Below, in pieces: positions 49,104 to 58,112 of a DNA stretch of 64,000 bases. Position numbers and translations under genes: made by a program. This DNA comes from Candidatus Hydrogenedentota bacterium (lineage in GTDB: Bacteria > Hydrogenedentota > Hydrogenedentia > Hydrogenedentales > SLHB01), in the NCBI GenBank assembly GCA_963668025.2, contig CAXXTH010000018.1, positions 352,001-416,000 on the forward strand, written 5' to 3'. Within the stretch, counting starts at the first letter, position 1; every line of letters starts with the position of its first letter. The notes under the pieces are model-generated. The model saw only the letters and a program-made list of their open reading frames with translations. It was not told where the DNA came from and did no database searches.

Positions 49104-49988
49104 CTATTCTGGCGGCGTCCGGACGGTGCTGGGGCACATGCCGAAATAGCTGGAGAACTCACGCGAAAACTCGTGCATGCGCGTGTAACCCAGGTATTCG
49201 GCGACTTGCGTGACCGTCATCGGACAGTACTTCAAGAGGCTCATTGCCTCAGCCATCCGGACTGCTTGCAAGCGTTGCATCGGGGATGTGTCGGTGGCCT
49301 TACGGCAGAGCCGGTTGATGGTCGCACGGCCTCGATGGCACATACTGCACAAATCGGCGATTGTAGGCCGGAAAACCCCATGCAGACGCAGATCCCGCTC
49401 GATCACCCACCACATATCTTCTTCTTTTACATCCCCAAGCGACATGGAACGTGTATGGCTTATCATCGCTAGAAGACTGTAGAGGGCCGCAAAGACGCTG
49501 AGTTTCTGGTGTACGGGATTTGTAATATGTGTTGCGTGATACAGAGTTTTGAACGCTTCACAGATCTCTTTTGTCGACTGTACAACACACTCTTGTCCGG
49601 GAAGAGGACGAAAGGAAGGAGCAATGAATCCCACGGAATAAAACGTGACGGGCCGAAGCACATTTAAAGTTTCAATTTCCTGCGAATCATGAAAGTAAAT
49701 CAGGTTTCCTTTTCCGACACGATACTGATTTCCTAAGGTACGGAGAGTATATGTTCCTTGGATGATTAGTTGAATAACATGTCCTGCTAGAGTATAAATT
49801 CGCGTGTTGTCTCCTGGTATACGGACAAACTTCCATACGCCGGTGATCTGCTCAATCGGTGTTACACTACTCCGCATAAGCAACCGGCCTGGCGTATCCG
49901 GCCTTATGGCATTCAAAATACAATCAGGCGTGACAGAAGATCGTACGAATGAATTGATTGCTTCAGACATCACATCAATCTCCAACAA
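49104..49988 (-). CDS. AraC-family regulator (paralog 1)
   Basis: VTQVAEYLGY...FSREFSSYFGMCPS HTH signature; cupin-like N-terminus. Confidence 0.92.
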   Translation of the reverse strand: MLEIDVMSEAINSFVRSSVTPDCILNAIRPDTPGRLLMRSSVTPIEQITGVWKFVRIPGDNTRIYTLAGHVIQLIIQGTYTLRTLGNQYRVGKGNLIYFHDSQEIETLNVLRPVTFYSVGFIAPSFRPLPGQECVVQSTKEICEAFKTLYHATHITNPVHQKLSVFAALYSLLAMISHTRSMSLGDVKEEDMWWVIERDLRLHGVFRPTIADLCSMCHRGRATINRLCRKATDTSPMQRLQAVRMAEAMSLLKYCPMTVTQVAEYLGYTRMHEFSREFSSYFGMCPSTVRTPPE

Positions 49989-50105
49989 TCTCCCCGATTA
50001 TTTCGGGCATCCACGGAATTTCCGTTATCTTCATAGTAAAATTTGCTGGCGTGGACGTTGCCCACAAACCAAAGAAACAACATAACATTGTTTATTCTTG
50101 TTTAC

Positions 50106-50210
50106 CTTTGCGTTCTTTGCGGCTTTGCGTACGTATAAATTGAATGGGATACCTGTTGAGAGTAGAGCGCGCCATCCTTGCTCAGATATTTCACGCAAAG
50201 CCGCAAAGAA
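50106..50210. repeat. Palindromic element (CGCAAAG type), arms back-to-back
   Basis: CTTTGCGTTCTTTGCGGCTTTGCGT...ACGCAAAGCCGCAAAGAA. Confidence 0.75.
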
Positions 50211-50389
50211 TACAACTGATAAAAGCGCGACATACCTGCAATGAAAAAGCTTCTTGTTGAAGCTGGGGCTAAGGCCCTGGCGTGGGCGTTGCCTATACCC
50301 TAGATCGCTGAAATAATCGCCGCAGTTTTCACACATTATAAATCTAGGCTTATCAAGCTGTTACGCAAATAGATTTAAAACTTCTTGTC

Positions 50390-50414
50390 GTTTTTTATAG
50401 AAGCTGGAGTTTAA
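50390..50414. repeat. 25-bp IS-end-like sequence, inverted copy at 1070-1094
   Basis: GTTTTTTATAGAAGCTGGAGTTTAA. Confidence 0.6.
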
Positions 50415-51220
50415 AGTAATAATGCTCTCGATACATCCATTGTAAATCCTTTTGAGAACCATTCAGCGTTTTACGTTCAGTATGCGCCATCCTATAAGTA
50501 CGCGGTTTTCATACAGGCAAGTGAACTCGCACTTCGAATTTCATGGCAATCGGTGAGGTAAGTTGAAGATGAGTAAACGGGAGATCATGTTTCCATGTTG
50601 ATGCATTTTGAGAGTAGTTCGTCGTGATAGCTGGAACGCCTTCCTGTAAAAAAAACATCCCCACGACGGCGGTTTAGTTTCACGCCAAACCTTGCTTTTA
50701 GTTGGATGCTATGCTCATACCATGCTCATATAAACTTACAATCAAAATCCGATGTAATGCATAAAATACTCTCATGCTTCAACAGAGAGGCAGATCCCCG
50801 CACTTTTTATATGGGCTCCTCAGGTTTTGCACATCTCCTTTACTCTCATCGTTAATAATATGAAAAAAATATTGGATTCCACTTGTCTCAATGAAAGATA
50901 TTATTGTATGAATCACCGAGACACTCGAAAACGGCTTTGGCTTGCTCCAATCCATCTCATTATAAGTTTCTTCCTAACAATCCTCATCGCGAGTCTAAAT
51001 GCGAAATGAAATGATCGCCTATGCTGAAGACATAAATCCAAGTAAAAATGATAATAAAATGGTTACAGACTTGAACGATATACGCGGTATTACAGAATGT
51101 CTTGGCGGCCAAGTTTATGAGGGGCTTTCATCATTCACCGCGGATCATTAACAAAGTCATTACCTGCATAAATGCAATTGAAGTCCTTGTCAATCTGAGT
51201 CAACAGGAGAGGAATCTGTC

Positions 51221-52300
51221 ATGAAAAGAGGTTTTACGCTTATCGAGCTGCTGGTAGTTATCGCCATCATAGCTATATTGGCGGCCATTCTTTTACCCGC
51301 CCTGGCGCGGGCTCGCGAGGCGGCGCGGCGCGCATCCTGCGCGAGCAACCTGAAGCAATGGGGAATTATTTTCAAGATGTACTCCGGTGAAAGCAAAGGG
51401 GGCGATTACCCGCCAGCCTCGGACTACCAGATCTATGGGGGGTTGTTTCACGGGGTGGCTGGCTTTTCTGTTTACCCGGATTACTGGAATGACGCGAACA
51501 TCATGATTTGCCCATCGGACTCGAGGAGCGGCTCTTCATCGTTTTTAAACGCAGCAGTTTCAAACTTCAGTATGGACAATCTTGTCGGCGACCCCATGGG
51601 CGAGTTTGTCCAAAAAATCGCCAGCAGCAATGACTCCCTGGCCAAGCCATGGCTTGGCTTGGTGCTGTCGCAGAATCTGTCGTACCATTACATCCCTTGG
51701 ATTACGGGGTCGAAGTCAAGGCTGGTGTATGCGATGTGTTTGCAGAATTGGGCAAATGGGCGTCCTGGGGCCACCAAAGAGCAGCTTGAGTACTACCCGC
51801 CTAAGAAGACTAATCCGTGGGGAAACTTCAACGTGCTGCGCATGGACACCTACAACCATGACATGGGTTCGGATGCCGCGGAGTTCGGTGATGGGTATAT
51901 CAAGGCCAACACGGGGACTACCGCATGGACCGATGACGACGGCAGCGCTCTGCCAGATACCATCAGCAGATTGAGGGAAGGAGCAGAACGGTTCGCCATA
52001 ACGGACATCAACAATCCGGCGGGAGCCACAACAGGCCAGAGCGAGATGGTCGTTATGCTAGATTGTTGGGCCCCTGGCAGCGTCGCTCCATGGTACGCAG
52101 TAACCAACTCGAACCAAACGACGTTCAACCACCTCCCAGGCGGCAGCAACGTACTCTATATGGACGGCCATGTGAAATACTGCCGATATCCGAACGATTG
52201 GCCCTGCATGGGGGGAAACGGCAATACGCCTGTAGATGGGGACATGCGTTTCTATCAGACCTTCGGATTCTGGACATGGACCTTCGGGGGGTGGGGCTGA
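51221..52300 (+). CDS. DUF1559 / H-X9-DG prepilin-type protein
   Basis: MKRG|[62 protein letters not shown]; RBS AGGAGAGG. Confidence 0.95.
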   Translation: MKRGFTLIELLVVIAIIAILAAILLPALARAREAARRASCASNLKQWGIIFKMYSGESKGGDYPPASDYQIYGGLFHGVAGFSVYPDYWNDANIMICPSDSRSGSSSFLNAAVSNFSMDNLVGDPMGEFVQKIASSNDSLAKPWLGLVLSQNLSYHYIPWITGSKSRLVYAMCLQNWANGRPGATKEQLEYYPPKKTNPWGNFNVLRMDTYNHDMGSDAAEFGDGYIKANTGTTAWTDDDGSALPDTISRLREGAERFAITDINNPAGATTGQSEMVVMLDCWAPGSVAPWYAVTNSNQTTFNHLPGGSNVLYMDGHVKYCRYPNDWPCMGGNGNTPVDGDMRFYQTFGFWTWTFGGWG

Positions 52301-52517
52301 GCACATCCCAAATCTGGAACATCTATTGCCCCAAATCTTCACTTACGCTCTTTATACAGCGATAAATGGGTATCGGTAGTGACTTTGCGTGCAAGCTGCA
52401 CGATAGGTCTCCATATAATGGAGTTTATTGAAAGGAGGAAAATGTAAAAAGCTTACTGGATGAGATTCTAAGTTATGGCAAGTGGACTTACCTGACAAAA
52501 CTTTGGGGAGTGAAGAA

Positions 52518-53531
52518 ATGAGACATTCTAAGTTCTACACCACGGTTCTTTTTTCTATCTGTATGTGTTCCTTGGCATGGGCAGGCACCGTTGTAGAAAA
52601 TTTCGACGATGGCGCTCTAGATTGTCCATGGGCTGTCAGCACGATGTGGAATCCGACCACTGCTACGAACACGGATTTTACGGTTGCCAATGGAGTTGGA
52701 ACTTTTGCGCAGACAGGCGATAGTACGACGGCGAGCGTTGGCACTTTTGCCGAAAGCAACGTAGGCAGCTATATCTACGGTGATTTCACGATGGAATGGA
52801 CCTTTCCAGACATTCAGCAGTTCCAGGATGGTATGGCCGCAAGCTTGTTCCAGGGATTATTCTGGGTTGAGGGCGGGGGAGTCAGTTCGTCGATTATCTA
52901 CATCTTCCGAGGCGGTAACACTCTTTGGTACTGCGCCATGGGAGCAGATCCAGCCCTTCAGCTAGACATAACATCAGCCACCAAAGTGCAATTTCGGCTT
53001 GTGAAAACAGACGACGGTACGGACAGTTGGCTGCATTTCTGGTATAACGTTGATGACACTGGCTGGTCCGAATATGTGGGAGATCTATATCCTCACCAAT
53101 GGCCAGGCGGCTCGGGAAAGGGGGTATTCCCATATATGCGTTTTTACCATAACATTGATTTATCAATTGATATTGACGACCTTACCCTTACCAATGATGC
53201 GCTGCCAGACGATTACTCTTGCTCATGGGGCGAAATCCCAGGAGCAACTATTCCCGATGTATCGGGCATGAGCCAAGCGGATGCGGTCGCCGCTCTTGAG
53301 GCCGCGGGGTATGTCGTAAGTGTGCAACAAGAAGCCAGCGACACCGTAGCAGCGGGTAATATTGTCCGCACCGATCCCGTATCAGGCACTGAATTGGCGG
53401 CTGGCGAAACCGTTACCGTAGTGGTTTCAACGGGTTCAGGAGCGACGGAGCTGCCAGTGGGCGGCTTGGCATTGATGGCATTGATATCTACTGCACTCGG
53501 TTCTATTTGCGTATACCGCAGAAAGAAATAA
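52518..53531 (+). CDS. Secreted beta-sandwich (lectin-like) plus PASTA protein with LPV-TM-basic anchor
   Basis: Signal peptide (AWA), ENFDDG start, IPDVSGMSQADAVAALEAAG...GNIVRTDP...VTVVVSTG (PASTA), ends LPVGGLALMALISTALGSICVYRRKK. Confidence 0.85.
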   Translation: MRHSKFYTTVLFSICMCSLAWAGTVVENFDDGALDCPWAVSTMWNPTTATNTDFTVANGVGTFAQTGDSTTASVGTFAESNVGSYIYGDFTMEWTFPDIQQFQDGMAASLFQGLFWVEGGGVSSSIIYIFRGGNTLWYCAMGADPALQLDITSATKVQFRLVKTDDGTDSWLHFWYNVDDTGWSEYVGDLYPHQWPGGSGKGVFPYMRFYHNIDLSIDIDDLTLTNDALPDDYSCSWGEIPGATIPDVSGMSQADAVAALEAAGYVVSVQQEASDTVAAGNIVRTDPVSGTELAAGETVTVVVSTGSGATELPVGGLALMALISTALGSICVYRRKK

Positions 53532-53580
53532 GCGCACGTACTCATCACTCGACGCTAGTCATCCTCTAGTGTCTATATGC

Positions 53581-53613
53581 GGCCGGGGATTGACCTTCAT
53601 TCGATCTCCGGCC
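53581..53613 (+). terminator. Stem-loop after anchored-protein gene
   Basis: GGCCGGGGAUUGA/UCGAUCUCCGGCC with two G-U pairs on the plus strand; no U-tract. Confidence 0.55.
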
Positions 53614-53727
53614 TCACTGTTTAGCATTGCATTGGCTTACAAAAACTCAAATGCGGAATAATAAGAAAGCTTAGCAATATCGAGACTGCATCGCTGGACA
53701 TGAACAAGGCAAGGAGAACACTCCATC

Positions 53728-56727
53728 ATGATTGCATGCCCTTCTTCTTTTCTGAAGCCCATGGCATTTGCATTCCTCTTCGCATCCTGCTGCACCGCGT
53801 GGGCGGCGGACGCGCCCGTCGTCCTGGAATCCGGCCAAGGGGCCGCCGCCCGGTTCGAGCATTCTGGAACTGGCTACCTTTGGACTGGTTACGAGGATCG
53901 TACGGCGGGGACGTTATGGGCCATCAGCGGACCGCGTTTCAGTTTCGAGACATCCGATGGGAAACAGACAGCCCTTGGTGATACAGGTGCGGCGCGCATC
54001 ACGCAGGAAGCGCCGGATGGCGCGCCGCAAGTCGTGCTCGAAACGGATATCCCAGGCTCTGCACTAATCGTGCGCCAGACGTTCACCTTCTGTAAAGATG
54101 GGCGCACACTGCACATCAAGACGGCGATGCGGTCAACAAAGGCTCCGGTGCTTGTCGAACGCGCTGGATTGCTGGAGGTCACGGTCGCAGGTGAAACGCT
54201 ACACCTTACCGGCGCTGAAGTCGCGTCGTATCCCGTTTTCGGAGACCGCATCTTCGCCGGTGTTGAGCACCCATCCGTGTCGTGCCAGGCCCAAGGGGAC
54301 ACCCTTTCCCTAAGCCAGCGTCCGCACACAGAGATAAAAGATGCTTGGGTGGACTTGCCTGCGGCGGTGTTCGGCTCGGCGTCCAATGAAGATGCTGCAT
54401 CCTATGGCGCGGAGGAGGGGCTGCGGCGGGCCTTTCTACGGTATCTGGACACCGTTCGGATCAAGCCGGCCGACTTGCATGTCCATTACAACGACTGGTG
54501 GACGGCCCCCATACCGTCGTCCGAGAAGTTCGTGCTGGAGAACTTCGCGGCCCTCAAGCGGGACTTATTCGATACGACAGGTTTCTTTTTTGATGCCTAT
54601 GCGATGGACATGGGATGGTCAGATCCAAACACGGTGTGGGAGATCGATACGAAAAACTTCCCCGAGGGGTTTGGCCGGGTTCGGGATGCTTTGGCCACGG
54701 TGGGATGCCGTCCTGGGCTATGGGTCTCCCCAAGCAGCCTCTATCCTCCCGCATTGGACAACAAGTGGCTGGCATCCGCCGGGTATGAGGTCATTCCGGC
54801 CATCAAGGACAAATGGCCGAATATGGACGCCGCATGCCTCGCCCTCGGCGGCAAATACCAGAAGGCGTTCAAGGAAGCCTTGCTGAAACACGCCCAGGCG
54901 GCGAACCTCGCCCACGTCAAGTTTGACGGACTCCTAATCCAGTGCGAAGCGGAGAACCACGGGCATAAACCGGGTGTCGAGTCTCAATTGTCAATCGCCG
55001 AGGGCTTGATGGACGTGTTCGACGCTCTGCGCGAGATCAATCCCGAGATCGCGCTCGAACCCACGTGCTTCTGGTATCCGAGTCCCTGGTGGCTCATGCA
55101 TGTGCCCTTCTGCATCGGCTCGTTTGGGGCCGACAGCCCCCGGGGCCGGTGTCCCTGTCCCGATTGGGTAGAGTCCATGACCACGGCCCGCGACATCGAG
55201 AACTTGAAAGGACGCGGGATCCTGATGCCCAGTTCGGCGCTGCAATGCTTCGATATCGTCGTGCAATGGCCCGGAGCTTTCCAGAACCATGCGAGCATGG
55301 CTATCGGCCGCGGCCGGTGGTTCATCTCCAGCTACATCAACCCGGAATATATGAACCATGAGGAATGGCGGTTCTTTGCCGACCTCATCGCGTGGGCCCG
55401 GCATAACCGGGAATTTCTCCAGGAGCCGTTCCCTATCGGCGGCGACCCCGCCCAGCGCCAGAGCTACGGGTACGCATTTCTCGGCGAGACTCGGCGTCTC
55501 TACTGTCTTCGAAATCCCTGGATAACGGAGGCCTCATTCGCATTTCCCGAGAACTCTACAACAGCGCCCTTTGGCCCGTATACCGAAGTTCGGACACTCT
55601 ATCCGAGGCGGGAGCTCCTGGCGCGGGTGGCGAAGGGAGAGGCGCTTCCGCCCGTTCCGCTGGGGCCGTACGACACGGTCTTCGTGGAGATGGTTCCCTC
55701 GGAGCAGGAACCTGATACGATCAAAGAAAAGGCGTCGAAGCCGCGCGTGGCCTGGCGGCCTAAGGGGGAGCCGGTCATGAAGCGGATTGCCTTTGAGGAA
55801 GAACCAGCCGCCCTGGCTCCTTCGTGGACTTGTCCTGATGGCGAGGCAACGGAAATGCTCGAGTTTCAAACCGCCGCCAAGCTCACCGTGCGCGGCGCCC
55901 TATCGAGTGAGTTGTGCATCCTCTGTGAGGGGGACGAGGAGATCAGCGCCAGTTCGTGCGTAGTGACAATCGATGGGAAGCTAGCGCCCATCGAAGACTC
56001 GAGCTCTTTCAAGTCCTTCGCGGTCGGCCCTGTTACAAATGAGAACTGGATGTGGTTTCTGGCTCCCGTTCCCTCGGGACGGCATAACATCGCTATCCGG
56101 GTCCGCATGAAGAACGTAGACGAGAACAGCGTCGCGGTCTACCTGCGGGGAACTGTTAAGGCGAACCCGTCGGAGCCGCCCTTCACAGAAGGCCCGAGTT
56201 ACCCCCTCTACCGTGAGGGCCAGCGGGGCTGGTCCCAGTTGCTCGTGCCCACGGTCCAAGGCAGCAGCGCCCCGGCTGCCATGGAGCGGTGTCCCCGCGA
56301 GGTTATTCGGATTGATGGCGTCTACCTCGATTCGTTGCAGCGGACAGAGGCGAGCACCGGCATCGTGCAGCAGAATCGCCCCCTTTCTGGTGAATACCTA
56401 TCCATGGGGCCCAGGTCTCTGTTTCGGCGGGGATTGGGGACATGCGCGCCCGGGCGCATTGTTTATGATATCCCAACAGGCTACACGGCCTTCGCAGCCA
56501 CAATAGGCTGCCAGCGGGAAGCGGCCACCTACGGTTCCGTGGTGTTTTTGGTGGAAGCGGATGGAAAGGAACTGTTTCGCAGCCCGGTCATGCATCACGG
56601 CAGCACGCCAATCGACGTCCGAGTCCCCATCGGCGGCGCATCGCAATTGGCTCTTATCGTTGACAATGCTGGCGACAACTCATCTTACGACCACGCCAAC
56701 TGGGCCGACGCACGATTTCTCAAGTAA
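53728..56727 (+). CDS. Secreted clan GH-D-like (alpha-galactosidase-like) protein with C-terminal NPCBM domain
   Basis: YNDWW, MDMGW, FPEG, GLWVSP, VKFDG; C-terminal GLGTCAP...GSVVF.V.ADGK...DHANWADA. Confidence 0.75.
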   Translation: MIACPSSFLKPMAFAFLFASCCTAWAADAPVVLESGQGAAARFEHSGTGYLWTGYEDRTAGTLWAISGPRFSFETSDGKQTALGDTGAARITQEAPDGAPQVVLETDIPGSALIVRQTFTFCKDGRTLHIKTAMRSTKAPVLVERAGLLEVTVAGETLHLTGAEVASYPVFGDRIFAGVEHPSVSCQAQGDTLSLSQRPHTEIKDAWVDLPAAVFGSASNEDAASYGAEEGLRRAFLRYLDTVRIKPADLHVHYNDWWTAPIPSSEKFVLENFAALKRDLFDTTGFFFDAYAMDMGWSDPNTVWEIDTKNFPEGFGRVRDALATVGCRPGLWVSPSSLYPPALDNKWLASAGYEVIPAIKDKWPNMDAACLALGGKYQKAFKEALLKHAQAANLAHVKFDGLLIQCEAENHGHKPGVESQLSIAEGLMDVFDALREINPEIALEPTCFWYPSPWWLMHVPFCIGSFGADSPRGRCPCPDWVESMTTARDIENLKGRGILMPSSALQCFDIVVQWPGAFQNHASMAIGRGRWFISSYINPEYMNHEEWRFFADLIAWARHNREFLQEPFPIGGDPAQRQSYGYAFLGETRRLYCLRNPWITEASFAFPENSTTAPFGPYTEVRTLYPRRELLARVAKGEALPPVPLGPYDTVFVEMVPSEQEPDTIKEKASKPRVAWRPKGEPVMKRIAFEEEPAALAPSWTCPDGEATEMLEFQTAAKLTVRGALSSELCILCEGDEEISASSCVVTIDGKLAPIEDSSSFKSFAVGPVTNENWMWFLAPVPSGRHNIAIRVRMKNVDENSVAVYLRGTVKANPSEPPFTEGPSYPLYREGQRGWSQLLVPTVQGSSAPAAMERCPREVIRIDGVYLDSLQRTEASTGIVQQNRPLSGEYLSMGPRSLFRRGLGTCAPGRIVYDIPTGYTAFAATIGCQREAATYGSVVFLVEADGKELFRSPVMHHGSTPIDVRVPIGGASQLALIVDNAGDNSSYDHANWADARFLK

Positions 56728-56770
56728 TTGCTCCGGCAGGAGGCCGAACGGGCTCTGCTGTATTGAAAAC

Positions 56771-56815
56771 CACCGTTGCCAAGCCGTTGTTGAAACGGCT
56801 TGGCGACGGTGTTTT
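56771..56815. terminator. Bidirectional terminator
   Basis: CACCGTTGCCAAGCCGTT / AACGGCTTGGCGACGGTG plus TTTT, between convergent genes. Confidence 0.85.
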
Positions 56816-56862
56816 GTACTGGAATCGTATCAAGATTGAGTCCAATAGGCCATGGCAAAGAT

Positions 56863-57747
56863 CTATTCGGCCAGCTTCTTGATGGCGCTCGGGCACATGC
56901 CGAAATAGCTGGAGAACTCACGCGAGAACTCGTGCATGCGTGCGTATCCCAGGTATTCGGAGACTTGCGTGACCGTCATCGGACAGTACTTCAAAAGGCT
57001 CATCGCCTCGGCCATCCGGACCGCCTGCAAGCGTTGTATTGGCGACGTGTCGGTGGCCTTTCGACAGAGCCGGTCGATGGTCGCACGGCTTCGGTGGGAC
57101 ATGTTGCACAAGTCCGTGATCGTGGGGCGAAAAATCTGTTGCTGGCGGAGATCCCGCTCGATTGCCCACCACGTTTCCTCTTCTTGCGCATTCTCAAGCG
57201 ACACGGAGTAGGTATGGCATACCAGCGCTAAAAGACTGTAAAGGGTCGCAAACGCACTGAGCTTTCTTCGGACGGGATTCGCAATACGCGTCACATTATA
57301 CAGGTTCTTGAACGCCTCCCGGATCGCTTTTGTCGACCGTACGACACACTCCTGGACGGGAAGAGGACGGAAAGAAGGAGCGATGAATCCCACGGAGTAG
57401 AACGTGACAGGCTGAAGCACATTTAAGACTTCGATTTCCTGCGAATCATGAAAATAAACCAGGCTTCCTTTTTGGACGCGGTATTGTTTCCCCATCGTCC
57501 TTAGCGTATACGTTCCTTGTAGGGTTAATTGTACAACATGGCCAGCAAGCGTATACAGGCGCGTGTCGTCGCCTGGCATGCGGACAAACCTCCACACGCC
57601 CGTAATCTGTTCAATCGGCGCTATGTTACTCGGCATGAGCAGCCTGCCTGGCGTATCCGGCCTTATGGCATTCTGAATACTGGCTGGCATAACGGGTGGC
57701 CGAACAAAATAATCTAGTGGTTTAGGCATCACATCGCTCTCCAACAA
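56863..57747 (-). CDS. AraC-family regulator (paralog 2)
   Basis: Same length (294 aa) as and colinear with 49104-49988. Confidence 0.92.
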   Translation of the reverse strand: MLESDVMPKPLDYFVRPPVMPASIQNAIRPDTPGRLLMPSNIAPIEQITGVWRFVRMPGDDTRLYTLAGHVVQLTLQGTYTLRTMGKQYRVQKGSLVYFHDSQEIEVLNVLQPVTFYSVGFIAPSFRPLPVQECVVRSTKAIREAFKNLYNVTRIANPVRRKLSAFATLYSLLALVCHTYSVSLENAQEEETWWAIERDLRQQQIFRPTITDLCNMSHRSRATIDRLCRKATDTSPIQRLQAVRMAEAMSLLKYCPMTVTQVSEYLGYARMHEFSREFSSYFGMCPSAIKKLAE

Positions 57748-58112
57748 ACTTCCGTATTCTGACTCAAACGGTTGTTAATTTTCCTGAACAGTTTTCATGC
57801 TCTCCGGATGTTTTTAGCTTACATTATATATGGCTTCTTGTCATTTCCGGTTCTCTTCATTTGGCGGCAAGGATGCTGGCAGTGAGTGAAAATGCGAAAT
57901 GAATTGATGAGGTCTGCTGAAGACATCACTGCTGAAAAAAGCAATAATGCAGTGGTTACGAACATACCGGCGGTAACAATACCTTGAGGTGTCCGGGCCA
58001 AAGTCATGCTAGGATATGAATAGGCTTTTAAAAAACCGACATGCATTGTGAAAAGCAGGCCGGTTAGGCCTATACGATGAACCTTGTATCATCTGGTAGG
58101 AGAAAACATGCC

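Noticed and set aside
1070-50414. 49-kb composite transposon or genomic island
   Set aside because: Interval includes core genes (murJ, lnt, mpl), with no transposase or target-site duplication
50827-51009. 60-aa small ORF upstream of DUF1559
   Set aside because: TTG start, no RBS, overlaps a likely promoter region; unsupported
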